Part shown: positions 9,500-23,880 of the stretch, one piece after another
How the letters are laid out: every line of letters begins with the position of its first letter
Numbering within the stretch: the stretch's first letter is position 1
DNA from: Pseudomonadota bacterium
GTDB taxonomy: Bacteria; Myxococcota_A; UBA796; CAJQPC01
Length of the DNA: 33,072 nucleotides
NCBI GenBank assembly: GCA_041160755.1
Contig: JBEAVX010000691.1
Span: 1-33,072, forward strand
Direction: 5' to 3'
The notes under the pieces: generated by a model
Database searches by the model: none
Seen by the model: the letters and a program-made list of their open reading frames with translations, nothing else
Told to the model about the DNA's origin: nothing
Translations under genes and position numbers: made by a program

Positions 9500-10123
9500 T
9501 CACCTCCCCAGCCGCGACACGATGGAGTCGACCGCAGCGCTGGTGACCGCGATGTTCTTGTGCTTGAGCACGTCGTAGACGTTGAGCCCGGCGACCGGCA
9601 GCACCTGCACATCGGGAAGGTTGCGAGCCGACAAGTAGACGGCGCTGTCCTTCTCGGGCAGGATGAGCAGCAGGTCATCGAAGCCGAAGCTGTCCATCAC
9701 CTTACGAAACTCCTTGGTCTTCACCGCGGAGAGCTCGAAGGCGTTGAAGACCGTCAGCTTGGACTCTTGCACGCGCCGAGAGAGGGCGCAGCAGAGGGCC
9801 GCACGACGGACCTTCTTGGAGACCTTGAAGCCGTGGTCCCGGGGGGTCGGCCCGTGGACGACACCACCGCCCCGCATCTGGGGGGCGCGGATCGTGCCTT
9901 GACGAGCGCGGCCGGTCCCCTTCTGCTTGAAGGGCTTGCGGCCACCGCCGGACACCTCGCACCGGGACTTCACCTTGTGGGTGCCGGCGCGACGGTTGGC
10001 GAGCTGGTACCGCACCACCGTGTAGAAGAGGTGCTCTTTCACTTCAACGCCAAAGATGTCGTCGGGCAGCTCGACTGAGCCGACGGTCTCCTTGGCTGTG
10101 TTGACTACGTCAATCGTAGGCAT
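9500..10123 (-). CDS. rplD: 50S ribosomal protein L4
   Basis: [31 protein letters not shown] motif. Its start lies only 84 nt downstream of the rpsJ stop. Confidence 0.95.
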   Translation of the reverse strand: MPTIDVVNTAKETVGSVELPDDIFGVEVKEHLFYTVVRYQLANRRAGTHKVKSRCEVSGGGRKPFKQKGTGRARQGTIRAPQMRGGGVVHGPTPRDHGFKVSKKVRRAALCCALSRRVQESKLTVFNAFELSAVKTKEFRKVMDSFGFDDLLLILPEKDSAVYLSARNLPDVQVLPVAGLNVYDVLKHKNIAVTSAAVDSIVSRLGR

Positions 10124-10207
10124 CTTTGAGCTCCATCGTGACGCCAGTTCTCCACCCTTGAGATCAAGGATGTGGCGCCCGACTGAATCAGTGGGAAGGG
10201 TGTCCGC

Positions 10208-10522
10208 TCAGGACAGCTTGATCTCGACGTGAACACCAGCCGAGAGGTCGAGCTTCATGAGCGCGTCCACGGTCTGCTGGGTGGGCTCAAGAATGTCGAG
10301 GAGGCGGTGATGCGTGCGGCGCTCGAACTGCTCACGGGACTTCTTGTCGACGTGAGGGCCACGAAGAACCGTCCAGCGGGAGACCGTCGTGGGCAGGGGA
10401 AAGGGACCGCGGATGCGCACGCCAGTGCGTCGAGCGGTCTCCACGATCTCCCCAGCGCTCCGATCCAGCAGCTTGTGGTCGTAGGCCTTGAGACGAATAC
10501 GAATCTTGTTGGTGCTGGCCAT
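10208..10522 (-). CDS. rpsJ: 30S ribosomal protein S10
   Basis: [14 protein letters not shown]...IVETA.RTG....GP.PLPT and R.H.RLLDI..PT..TVDALM.LDL.AGV.V.I motifs. Confidence 0.97.
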   Translation of the reverse strand: MASTNKIRIRLKAYDHKLLDRSAGEIVETARRTGVRIRGPFPLPTTVSRWTVLRGPHVDKKSREQFERRTHHRLLDILEPTQQTVDALMKLDLSAGVHVEIKLS

Positions 10523-10648
10523 GAGATGACGGTCCTGTTCGTTTCTGACGTACCAGCCTGCTCGGGGGTTGTCCGGCGCGGCGGGCTCGATGGATTCGGG
10601 CTGATCGGGGTGGATGTCCAGGAGGGGCGGACAGCGACTCCGAGAAGA

Positions 10649-10678
10649 CGCAACAACCGCGCTTAGCCGGTCGTTGCG
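10649..10678 (-). promoter_or_regulatory. Hairpin in the 247-nt EF-G-like/rpsJ spacer (terminator of the upstream gene or an S10-leader-type attenuator)
   Basis: Transcript: CGCAACGACCG-GCUAAGCG-CGGUUGUUGCG (11 bp including one G-U) followed by UCUUCUC. It lies about 125 nt upstream of the rpsJ ATG. Confidence 0.4.
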
Positions 10679-10769
10679 GAGTTGGCCACCCTGAAGATCA
10701 CCTTTCCCCTCTCTGCCGCATCGGCGGCGCGGTTGGGGGCAGGTTCAGGAGGGCTCATGCGCATGGTGG

Positions 10770-12863
10770 TCACGGTTCGCTCTTTACACGATCACCCACG
10801 AGGGGCTCGAAGATGAGGCGAGAGAGCTTGGGGGGCGCGGGGGAATGACGGGAGAACTGGATGCTGGCCGACGAACGGCCTTGTGTGGCCGATCGCAGCG
10901 CGGTTGTGTAACCAACCAGCTCGGCGAGGGGCACGTCGGCCTCGATGACCTGTAGCGGCGGTCTCGGCGTCGTCGAGGTGACGATCCCGCGTCGCGCCTG
11001 GAGGTCACCCAGGACCCCGCCCATATAGTCGCCCGGCGTGCGAACCTCAAGGCGCATGATCGGCTCCATCACCATGATCGACGATCTTTTCAGCGCGTCG
11101 TCCAAGGCGAGGCCCGCCGCGACCCGGGCCGCGATCAGCGCTCCAGGCCCTGGCTCACACGATCCACCGCTCACGGAGACCCGCGCGAAGGCCAGCGGGG
11201 CCCCTCCGCCGAGGGCGTTCTCCACCCCGGCACGAAGCGCGCTGACGATCGCCTCGGCGTAGTCTTCAGGCAGGGCGATCGCCGCCCAGCCGGGCTCGAT
11301 GCTCACCAGAGGCACGTCGGGCTGCAGCGTGAGCCGAACCTCAAGCGTCGCGCGTTGTTCACCCGCGCTGGTCACCAGGCGGTGGCTCCCCTCCCCCACC
11401 GCGCTGACGCTCGGCGCCAGCAGGTAGGTGACCCGAGGCTGGCCCACACGAAGGGCGAGGCCGTGCTCCCGTCGCAGGCGCTCGACGGCGATCTCCAGGT
11501 GCAGCTCGCCCATGCCCTCCAGCACACGCTGGCCCGTCTGAGGATCGACGGTGAGGCGCAGGGTGGGGTCTTCTAGCAAAGGGCGCTGGAGCGCGGCGTT
11601 GAGGCGCTCTTCGCTCTCGACGGTCTCGGCCTCGATCACGACGCCGAGCACCGGCGACGGGGGCGTGAGCGGCTCCAGGAGCAGCGGAGCGCCGGGGTCG
11701 CAGAGGGTGTCGCCCGTGATCGGGTGGGTGAGCCCAGCGACGACGGTGATCGCGCCCGCCTCGGCGACGCTCACCGGCTCCAGCTCCTCGGCGTGGGCGG
11801 CGAAGAGCTGGGTGATCGTCTGCTGCGCGCCCGTGCGCGGGTTGAGCACGACGTCCCCCACTCGCAAGGCGCCCGAGTACACCCGGGTGAACGCGAGCAG
11901 GCCCTCGTCCCGATCGTGAACGAGCTTAAACACGAGCGCGCAGGCACGCTCCGAGAGCTCGGGGCGGCGACGCTCAGACGTACCCCGTCCCATGGCGCTC
12001 ACGCCGTGGCAAGGCCCCACGTCCGCCGGGGAGGGCAGAAGCTCGATCACCGCGTCCAAGAGGGGCTGCACGCCCTGGTGGTGCTTCGCCGCGCCGCAGA
12101 AGACCGGGACCAGCGCCCCCTCCAGCACACGTTGGCGCGCGTCGGCGTAGAGGTCGGCGGGGCTCACCTCTCCGGTGGCGAGGTATCGCTCCATGACCGC
12201 GTCGCTGTGCAGCGCGGCGTTGAGGAGCGCCTCGCGGCCAAAGGCGAGCTCGACCTCCAGAGACTCAGGCACTGGCGCGGCCTGCACGATCACGCCGCGG
12301 TCTTGGCGGGTGAACGTCAGGAGCTTGGCGTGGACGAGGTCGAGCACGCCGAGCAGGCGCCCATCCTCGACGACGGGGAGCTGAAACGGCACGGCGGGGG
12401 CGTTGAGGCGGCTCTGCAGGTCGGCGAGGCAGCGGTCAAAGTCGGCGCCGACCCGATCGAGCTTGTTGATGAACACCAGGCGCGGCACCCCGCGCGCGTC
12501 CGCCTGGGCCCAGACGTGCTCGGTCTGCGGCTGCACACCTTCGCTCGCCGAGAGCACGACGATCGCCCCGTCGAGCACTCGGAGCGAGCGCTCAACCTCG
12601 ATGGTGAAGTCGACGTGCCCGGGGGTGTCGATGAGGTGGATGACATGATCACGCCAGCCCACGCGCGTCGCGGCGGCGCCGATGGTGATGCCCCGCTCGC
12701 GCTCCTGGACCATAAAGTCCATGGTCGCCGTGCCGTCGTCCACCTCCCCGGGGATGCGGATGCGGCCCGTCGCCATGAGGATCCGCTCGGTGAGCGTGGT
12801 CTTCCCGGCGTCGATGTGGGCGAGGATGCCGATGTTTCGAATGCGGCGGATCATCGGGTCCAT
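10770..12863 (-). CDS. Divergent elongation factor G paralogue (translational GTPase, EF-G family)
   Basis: G1 AHIDAGKT, G2 RGITI, G3 DTPGHVDF, G4 NKLD, domain II TGDTLCD, and domain V PLAELVGYTTALRS.TQGR are present. The EF-G domain-IV motifs KQSGGRGQYG and SYHDVDSS are replaced by RLVTSAGEQRATL and GSCEPGPGA. The gene occupies the fusA slot after rpsG. Confidence 0.85.
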   Translation of the reverse strand: MDPMIRRIRNIGILAHIDAGKTTLTERILMATGRIRIPGEVDDGTATMDFMVQERERGITIGAAATRVGWRDHVIHLIDTPGHVDFTIEVERSLRVLDGAIVVLSASEGVQPQTEHVWAQADARGVPRLVFINKLDRVGADFDRCLADLQSRLNAPAVPFQLPVVEDGRLLGVLDLVHAKLLTFTRQDRGVIVQAAPVPESLEVELAFGREALLNAALHSDAVMERYLATGEVSPADLYADARQRVLEGALVPVFCGAAKHHQGVQPLLDAVIELLPSPADVGPCHGVSAMGRGTSERRRPELSERACALVFKLVHDRDEGLLAFTRVYSGALRVGDVVLNPRTGAQQTITQLFAAHAEELEPVSVAEAGAITVVAGLTHPITGDTLCDPGAPLLLEPLTPPSPVLGVVIEAETVESEERLNAALQRPLLEDPTLRLTVDPQTGQRVLEGMGELHLEIAVERLRREHGLALRVGQPRVTYLLAPSVSAVGEGSHRLVTSAGEQRATLEVRLTLQPDVPLVSIEPGWAAIALPEDYAEAIVSALRAGVENALGGGAPLAFARVSVSGGSCEPGPGALIAARVAAGLALDDALKRSSIMVMEPIMRLEVRTPGDYMGGVLGDLQARRGIVTSTTPRPPLQVIEADVPLAELVGYTTALRSATQGRSSASIQFSRHSPAPPKLSRLIFEPLVGDRVKSEP

Positions 12864-12909
12864 CAGAAAAAAGAGACGGCCCGCTGAGCACCAAGGCGCT
12901 CAGCGGGCC
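12864..12909 (-). terminator. Rho-independent terminator between rpsG and the EF-G paralogue
   Basis: Transcript: GGCCCGCUGAGC-GCCUUGGU-GCUCAGCGGGCC (perfect 12-bp stem, 12878-12889/12898-12909) followed by GUCUCUUUUUUCUG. The U-tract ends 3 nt before the ATG at 12863. Confidence 0.75.
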
Positions 12910-12929
12910 GCGAAGAGGTGACGGCGCGA

Positions 12930-13400
12930 TTACCAGCGGTAGTGCGCGAACGCCTTGTTGGCCTCGGCCATACGGTGGGTCTCGTCCTTCCGCTTCACCG
13001 CGTTGCCGCGGTTGTGGGAGGCCTCGATCAGCTCGTTGGCGAGCTTCTCTTGCATGGACCGGCCGCTGCGCTTGCGGGCGAAGATGATGATCCACCGCAT
13101 CGCGAGCGCCATACGACGATCGTTGCGGACCTCGATCGGCACCTGGTAGGTAGAGCCACCCACGCGGCGAGACTTGACCTCCACCAAAGGAGAGACGTTC
13201 TCAAGCGCCCGCCGGAAGACCTTGATGGGCTCCTCGCGGGTGCGATCCTCGATGACATCGAACGCACCATAGACGATGGACTCGGCGACAGCCTTTTTTC
13301 CATCTTCCATCACGGCGTTCATGAACTTGGTCACCGCCTTGTCCCCAAACTTGGGGTCAGGCAGCACAATACGCTTGGGGACTTCGTGACGACGAGGCAT
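12930..13400 (-). CDS. rpsG: 30S ribosomal protein S7
   Basis: MPRR......I.PDPKFGD..V.KF.N..M..GKK..AE.I.Y.A and AFAHYRW C-terminus. Confidence 0.97.
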   Translation of the reverse strand: MPRRHEVPKRIVLPDPKFGDKAVTKFMNAVMEDGKKAVAESIVYGAFDVIEDRTREEPIKVFRRALENVSPLVEVKSRRVGGSTYQVPIEVRNDRRMALAMRWIIIFARKRSGRSMQEKLANELIEASHNRGNAVKRKDETHRMAEANKAFAHYRW

Positions 13401-13411
13401 GGATCAGAACC

Positions 13412-13786
13412 TTACTTCTTGGGCCGCTTGGCGCCGTACTTGGAGCGGCCCTGGCGCCGGGCGTTGACGCCCTGGGAGTCGAGGGTGCCGCGGATGATGT
13501 GGTACCGAACGCCAGGCAGGTCCTTGACGCGACCACCACGAATGAGCACCGAGGAGTGCTCTTGGAGGTTGTGGCCCTCACCACCGATGTAGGCGGTGAC
13601 CTCCATGTCGTTGGTGAGACGAACACGGGCGACCTTACGGAGCGCCGAGTTGGGCTTCTTGGGGGTGGTCGTGTACACACGAGTGCAGACGCCGCGCTTC
13701 TGCGGGCAGCCCATGAGGGCGGGCGACTTGGACTTGGTCGCAACCTTCTGCCGTCCCTTACGGACGAGCTGGTTGATGGTGGGCAT
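13412..13786 (-). CDS. rpsL: 30S ribosomal protein S12
   Basis: [40 protein letters not shown] and [28 protein letters not shown] motifs. Confidence 0.98.
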   Translation of the reverse strand: MPTINQLVRKGRQKVATKSKSPALMGCPQKRGVCTRVYTTTPKKPNSALRKVARVRLTNDMEVTAYIGGEGHNLQEHSSVLIRGGRVKDLPGVRYHIIRGTLDSQGVNARRQGRSKYGAKRPKK

Positions 13787-13876
13787 CCGGGAACCTCTTG
13801 AGGAAATGACGACAGGAGAAGGGGGCAGCTCTGTTTGGAGCGGGGCGCGCCGCCTGATCGTCCCATGAACCGTGGC

Positions 13877-13905
13877 GATCTATTCGGACGACGCTCCCCA
13901 GTCAA
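13877..13905 (-). promoter_or_regulatory. Weak candidate sigma70 promoter upstream of rpsL
   Basis: Minus strand TTGACT (13900-13905), 17 nt, TAGATC (13877-13882). The -35 is good but the -10 matches only 3 of 6. Confidence 0.25.
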
Positions 13906-13930
13906 GAACAGGAGCGAAATGAGGCGATCG

Positions 13931-18742
<4,812 letters not shown>

Positions 18743-18852
18743 GGCTGACTCCTGGAAGGGTCATTGGAGGGCGACGTGCGAGAGCCACTCGGGCCGCGAC
18801 GTCGCCCCTGCGCGAGATCTATTGAAAACAGGGAGGGGAAGACCCCGCGCGG

Positions 18853-21800
18853 CTAGCCGCGCAGAGCCTCCTTGTCCTCGATGAGGTCCACATCAAGGGC
18901 GAGGGCCTGGAGCTCCTTCACGAGCACGTTGAAGGCCTCGGGGAGCCCGGCCTCCAGCACGTTCTCGCCCTTGACGATGGACTCGTACATGCGGGTGCGG
19001 CCCGTGACGTCGTCGGACTTCACCGTCAGGAACTCCTGAAGGTTGTAGGCCGCGCCGTAGGCCTCAAGGGCCCAGACCTCCATCTCACCGAGGCGCTGAC
19101 CACCGAACTGGGCCTTACCGCCGAGGGGCTGCTGGGTGACCAGCGAGTAGGGCCCGATGGAGCGCGCGTGGATCTTGTCATCGACGAGGTGATGGAGCTT
19201 GAGCATGTACATCACGCCGACGGTGACCCGGCGGTCGAAGGGCTCGCCGGTGCGGCCATCGAAGAGCAAGCTCTGGCCGTCACGGTCGAGACCGGCGACG
19301 TCCAAGGCGTTCTTGATCTGCTCTTCGCTCGCCCCGGCGAACACAGGGCTCGCCGTGGTGACGCCGCGGCTGTACTTGGCGCCGAACTTCCGCAACGAGT
19401 CGTCATCCGCGGTGCGCACGAAGTCCTGCACCTGGGGAGAGTCCTCGTAGACCTGGAGCAGGTACTCACGCAGCGACGCCGTCGAGTACTTCTCCTCCAG
19501 GAGCTCGCCGATGCGCAAGCCCATGCCACGCGCGGCCCAGCCGAGGTGGACCTCCAAGATCTGCCCGACGTTCATGCGGGAGGGCACGCCGAGGGGGTTG
19601 AGCACGATGTCAACCGGGGTGCCGTCCTGCAGGTAAGGCATGTCCTCCTCGGGGAGGATCTTGGAGACGACGCCCTTGTTGCCGTGCCGTCCGGCCATCT
19701 TGTCACCGACGGAGATCTTGCGCTTGATGGCGACATAGACCTTCACCAGCTTGATGACGCCCGGCGGGAGCTCGTCGCCCTTCTTGAGGCGATCGATCTT
19801 GGCGGCGAACCGCTCACGGACCTGCTCCTCCTTCTCACGGACGCGGTCCATGAGACCCCAGACCTGCTCCTCGACCTCGGCGCCGTCCTCGACGGTGAGC
19901 TTGACGTACTGCTCGAAGCCGACGCGGGAGAGCGCGGACTCGGAGAAGGTCTCGCCACGGCCGATGAGCTCCTCGCCGGTGTTCTCGTCGAGGATGCGGC
20001 TGCCGGAGACCCGACCATTGAGCAGCATCACGAGCTGACGATGGGCGGAGTCACGCAGAGTCGCGATCTTGGCGTCGCGGTCACGCTCGATGCGGACCAC
20101 CGCCTGACGCTCGATGTCAAGCGCGCGGTCGTCCTTCTCGACGCCTTCGCGGGCGAAGACCTGGGCGCTGATGACCGTGCCCTCCACACCGGGGGGCACC
20201 CGGAGCGAGGTGTCGCGGACATCGCCCGCCTTCTCACCGAAGATCGCCCGGAGGAGCTTCTCTTCGGGGGAGAGCTGGGTCTCGCCCTTCGGCGTGATCT
20301 TGCCGACGAGGATGTCGCCTTGGCGAACCTCGGCGCCGATGCGCACGATGCCGGAGTCGTCGAGGTTCTTGAGGGCGTCCTCACCGACGTTCGGGATGTC
20401 GCGGGTGATCTCCTCTTTGCCGAGCTTGGTGTCGCGGGCCGCGACCTCAAACTCTTCGATGTGGATGGTGGTGAAGTAGTCCTCACGCACCAGCCGCTCG
20501 GAGACGAGGATGGAGTCCTCGAAGTTGTAGCCCTGCCAAGGCATAAACGCGACGACGACGTTCTGACCAAGCGCCAGCTCACCACGATCCGTCGCCGGAC
20601 CGTCGGCGATCACCTCACCCTTCGTCACGCGCTCGCCGAGGCGAACGACGGGGCGCTGGTTGATGCAGGTGTTCTGGTTGGAGCGGATGAACTTGGTGAG
20701 GTTGTAGATGTCGACGTCGGCGCCGACCTCGCCGTTCTCGTCCACCTCGTCACACTTGATGACGATGCGGGAGGCGTCGAGCGCCGTGACCACACCCGAG
20801 CGACGCGCGGTGGTGGTGACGCCGGAGTCACGGGCCACGACGGACTCCATGCCGGTGCCCACGAACGGGGCCTCGGTGCGGATGACCGGCACGGCCTGGC
20901 GCTGCATGTTGGAGCCCATGAGCGCGCGGTTCGCGTCGTCGTTCTCCAAGAACGGGATGAGCGACGCGGCGACGGACACGAGCTGGTTCGCGGAGACGTC
21001 ACGCAGGGTGACGGAGTCCTTGGAGACCATCGCGAACTCGCCCTCGACGCGGGCGGCGACGACGTTGTCGACGAAGCTGCCGTCGGGGTTGAAGGCCACG
21101 GAGGCCTGGGCGATGACGTTGCCCTTGCCCTCGGCGCCCTCTTCTTCGTCGGCGGTGAAGTACTTCACCTCGTTGACGACGCGGCCCTCACGCACGAGCT
21201 GGTACGGCGTCTCGATGAAGCCGAAGCCGTTGACCCGGGCGTAGGTGGACAACGACGCGATGAGGCCGATGTTCGGACCTTCAGGCGTCTCGATGGGGCA
21301 GATGCGGCCGTAGTGGGTCGGGTGAACGTCGCGGACGTCGAAGCCGGCGCGCTCGCGGGTGAGACCACCCGGCCCGAGGGCAGACAGGCGGCGCTTGTGG
21401 GTGACCTCAGAGAGCGGGTTCGTCTGGTCCATGAACTGCGAGAGCTGGGACGAGCCGAAGAACTCCTTCACCACCGCGGAGACGGGCTTCGCGTTGATGA
21501 GGTCGTGGGGCATCAGCGCCTCGATCTCCGAGAGGCTCATGCGCTCCTTGATCGCCTTCTCCATACGAACCAGGCCGATGCGGTACTGGTTCTCCAGGAG
21601 CTCGCCGACCGCGCGGATACGACGGTTGCCGAGGTGGTCGATGTCGTCGATCTGGCCCTTGTTGTTCTTGAGATCGATGAGGTACTTCACCACGCGCAGG
21701 ATGTCGTCGCGGGTGAGGGTCGTCTGCTCAAGAGACAGGTCCAAGCCGAGCTTCTGGTTCAGCTTGTGGCGGCCGACCTGGGAGAGGTCGTAACGCTCAG

Positions 21801-23043
21801 CGTTGAAGAACAGGTTCTCGAAGTGCTGGACGGCGGTGTCATACGTCGGGGGATCGCCCGGGCGAAGGCGGCGGTAGATCTCGATGATCGCCTCCTCCGT
21901 CGTGCTGATCTTGTCGACCAGGAGCGTGTCGCGGAGGAAGGAGCCGACCATCACGTTGTCGATGAACAGCACCTCAAACTCGGTGATGCCGGCCTCGATG
22001 ACGCGCTGGATGTTCTCCTCAGAGAGCGCCTCGTTGCACGGCACGAGCACGAGGCCCGTGCGCATGTCCACGATGTCGTAGGCGCAGACCGTGCCGAGGA
22101 TGGCGCCATCGGCGACGGGGATCGTCGCGATGTCGACCTCTTGCTCCTGGCCGTCGATGAGCTGCGTCTCGGTGCGGATCATGCCCGCCTTACGCATCTT
22201 GCGGATCGCGGGCTTGAGGAACTTCTTGCCCTGCTTACACAGCACCTCACCCGTCGAGTCAAACACCTCGACGGTGGCGTTCTGGATCGCGAGCAGGCTG
22301 ACCGGCGTCTCTTTGGACCAGCCTTCGCCGTTCCAGACGTACTTCTCACGCTCGTAGAAGTAGTTGAGCAGCTCCTCCGTGGAGTAGCCCAAGGCGCGCA
22401 GGAGCACCGTCGCGGGGAGCTTGCGGCGGCGGTCGATGCGGACGTAGAGGATGTCCTTCGTGTCGAACTCGAAGTCGATCCAAGAGCCGCGGTTGGGGAT
22501 GATGCGCGCGGAGAAGATCGCCTTGCCACCGCCGGTCTTGGACTGGCCCTGGTCGAAGAAGATGCCCGGGCTGCGGTGGAGCTGGGAGACGACGACACGC
22601 TCGGTGCCGTTGACGATGAAGGTCCCGTTCTCGGTCATGAGCGGGATCTCACCGAAGTAGACCTCCTGCTCCTTGATGTTCGAGACGGTGCGGGTCTCGG
22701 TCTCGGGATCGACCTCCCAGACGACGAGGCGCACGGTGACCTTGAGCGGCGCCGAGAACGTCATGCCGCGCTCGCGGCACTCGTCTACGTCGTACTTCGG
22801 CTGCTCCAGATCGAAAGACACGAACTGAAGGGACGCCTTCTGAGCGAAGTCTTGAATCGGGAAAACGCTCTTGAACACGCCCTGAAGGCCGATGTTCTTG
22901 CGCTCTTCCAGAGGCACCTGGCTCTGGAGGAAGGCCTCGTAAGATTCCTTTTGAATCTCGATGAGGTTTTGGATCTCAACCGCCGGCTTCACCTTCGCGA
23001 AGTTACGCCGATGCTTGAAGTTGTTTGCGAGAAGGTCTGCCAT
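18853..23043 (-). CDS. rpoB: DNA-directed RNA polymerase subunit beta
   Basis: [34 protein letters not shown] (rifampicin region), [10 protein letters not shown] and [15 protein letters not shown] motifs. I prefer the start at ATG 23043 (MADLLANNF), with GAGG 5 nt upstream, over the ATG at 23061. Confidence 0.98.
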   Translation of the reverse strand: MADLLANNFKHRRNFAKVKPAVEIQNLIEIQKESYEAFLQSQVPLEERKNIGLQGVFKSVFPIQDFAQKASLQFVSFDLEQPKYDVDECRERGMTFSAPLKVTVRLVVWEVDPETETRTVSNIKEQEVYFGEIPLMTENGTFIVNGTERVVVSQLHRSPGIFFDQGQSKTGGGKAIFSARIIPNRGSWIDFEFDTKDILYVRIDRRRKLPATVLLRALGYSTEELLNYFYEREKYVWNGEGWSKETPVSLLAIQNATVEVFDSTGEVLCKQGKKFLKPAIRKMRKAGMIRTETQLIDGQEQEVDIATIPVADGAILGTVCAYDIVDMRTGLVLVPCNEALSEENIQRVIEAGITEFEVLFIDNVMVGSFLRDTLLVDKISTTEEAIIEIYRRLRPGDPPTYDTAVQHFENLFFNAERYDLSQVGRHKLNQKLGLDLSLEQTTLTRDDILRVVKYLIDLKNNKGQIDDIDHLGNRRIRAVGELLENQYRIGLVRMEKAIKERMSLSEIEALMPHDLINAKPVSAVVKEFFGSSQLSQFMDQTNPLSEVTHKRRLSALGPGGLTRERAGFDVRDVHPTHYGRICPIETPEGPNIGLIASLSTYARVNGFGFIETPYQLVREGRVVNEVKYFTADEEEGAEGKGNVIAQASVAFNPDGSFVDNVVAARVEGEFAMVSKDSVTLRDVSANQLVSVAASLIPFLENDDANRALMGSNMQRQAVPVIRTEAPFVGTGMESVVARDSGVTTTARRSGVVTALDASRIVIKCDEVDENGEVGADVDIYNLTKFIRSNQNTCINQRPVVRLGERVTKGEVIADGPATDRGELALGQNVVVAFMPWQGYNFEDSILVSERLVREDYFTTIHIEEFEVAARDTKLGKEEITRDIPNVGEDALKNLDDSGIVRIGAEVRQGDILVGKITPKGETQLSPEEKLLRAIFGEKAGDVRDTSLRVPPGVEGTVISAQVFAREGVEKDDRALDIERQAVVRIERDRDAKIATLRDSAHRQLVMLLNGRVSGSRILDENTGEELIGRGETFSESALSRVGFEQYVKLTVEDGAEVEEQVWGLMDRVREKEEQVRERFAAKIDRLKKGDELPPGVIKLVKVYVAIKRKISVGDKMAGRHGNKGVVSKILPEEDMPYLQDGTPVDIVLNPLGVPSRMNVGQILEVHLGWAARGMGLRIGELLEEKYSTASLREYLLQVYEDSPQVQDFVRTADDDSLRKFGAKYSRGVTTASPVFAGASEEQIKNALDVAGLDRDGQSLLFDGRTGEPFDRRVTVGVMYMLKLHHLVDDKIHARSIGPYSLVTQQPLGGKAQFGGQRLGEMEVWALEAYGAAYNLQEFLTVKSDDVTGRTRMYESIVKGENVLEAGLPEAFNVLVKELQALALDVDLIEDKEALRG

Positions 23044-23390
23044 CAGGACCTCAGCGATCATGCAGCGCGCGGAGCCGAGGGCGTAGGCTCATCGCGGCCG
23101 CGGGAGTGAAAACCATCAGGAACCCGGGACGTCTCGACCACGGCGCCTTGCGCAACACCAGCTGGCCAGCCCAGGCACAGCTCACCGCGCTGCATGTCAA
23201 CGAGACAGCAGCATTCTCTGCTGCGCAGGACGCGTCAGAAGCCGGGTAGACCATCAAAGGGGTGCGGTCTCGCGGGATGTGTCGTAGGGTAGCTGGCGAG
23301 CGCCAGCGGGGTCTCGAGAACGCCGACGGCGCCTTGAGACAGAGACAACAGAATGACAACACCGCCCAGAACATGCCTGGGCGTGTTTGT

Positions 23391-23438
23391 CAAGAAAAGG
23401 ATCGCGCTGGGGCGAGCTCACGCGCACCGCCAGCGCGA
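23391..23438 (-). terminator. Intrinsic terminator/attenuator immediately downstream of rplL
   Basis: Transcript: UCGCGCUGG-19 nt-CCAGCGCGA (perfect 9-bp stem, 23402-23410/23430-23438) followed by UCCUUUUCUUG. Its position matches the known rplL-rpoB attenuator of E. coli. Confidence 0.6.
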
Positions 23439-23451
23439 CACCTTTGATCAA

Positions 23452-23835
23452 CTACTTGATCTCGACCTCGGCGCCGGCCTCGACGAGCTTCTTCTTGGCG
23501 GCCTCGGAGGCATCCTTGTCGATGTTCTCCTTGACGACCTGGGGAGCGCCCTCGACCAGATCCTTGGCCTCTTTGAGACCAAGGCCCGTGAGCTCACGGA
23601 TGGCCTTGATGACGTTGATCTTGTTGGCACCGGCGGCCTTGAGGACGACGGTGAACTCGGTCTTCTCCTCAACGGGCTCCGCCGCGGCGGGGGCCGCACC
23701 ACCGCCGCCAGCGACGGCGACGACGGGAGCGGAGGCCTTCACGCCCAGCTCGTCCTCGAGGATCGAGATGAGGGCCTTGACCTCGGAGAGCTTGAGGTTC
23801 TTGATGTAGTCGACAACTTCAGCCTGAGTCGCCAT
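23452..23835 (-). CDS. rplL: 50S ribosomal protein L7/L12
   Basis: Ala/Gly/Pro hinge [15 protein letters not shown], then [30 protein letters not shown]...K..AE..KKKL.EAGA.VE.K. Confidence 0.97.
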   Translation of the reverse strand: MATQAEVVDYIKNLKLSEVKALISILEDELGVKASAPVVAVAGGGGAAPAAAEPVEEKTEFTVVLKAAGANKINVIKAIRELTGLGLKEAKDLVEGAPQVVKENIDKDASEAAKKKLVEAGAEVEIK

Positions 23836-23880
23836 GGCTTGATCTCCTGCGAACTTGATGGGGAATGGGAATCGTGTAGG

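Noticed and set aside
10756-10765. 10-bp perfect palindrome CATGCGCATG just after the EF-G-like stop, considered as an operator site.
   Set aside because: It is a single short palindrome with no second copy in the window, so it cannot be distinguished from chance. It is mentioned only within the rpsJ-leader finding.
19168-23109. Very long plus-strand ORFs. Examples: 1313 aa at 19168-23109, 943 aa at 15917-18748, 677 aa at 13835-15868, 621 aa at 2174-4039, 665 aa at 28584-30581 and 526 aa at 30714-32294.
   Set aside because: All lie antisense to unambiguous, highly conserved minus-strand genes. Their translations are low-complexity and rich in Arg, Gly, Asp and Leu, which is typical of shadow ORFs in GC-rich DNA where stop codons are rare. 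No recognisable motifs.
23388-23393. Perfect TTGACA hexamer (minus strand) right after the rplL terminator, considered as an rpoB promoter -35.
   Set aside because: No acceptable -10 hexamer occurs 16-19 nt downstream (TCTGGG or CTGGGC). The hexamer is part of the terminator U-tract and the flank of the next hairpin.
23051-23451. Minus-strand ORFs of 107 aa and 65 aa in the rplL-rpoB spacer.
   Set aside because: They are Arg/Ser/Cys-rich low-complexity translations with no Shine-Dalgarno and no codon bias. The region is occupied by attenuator hairpins.
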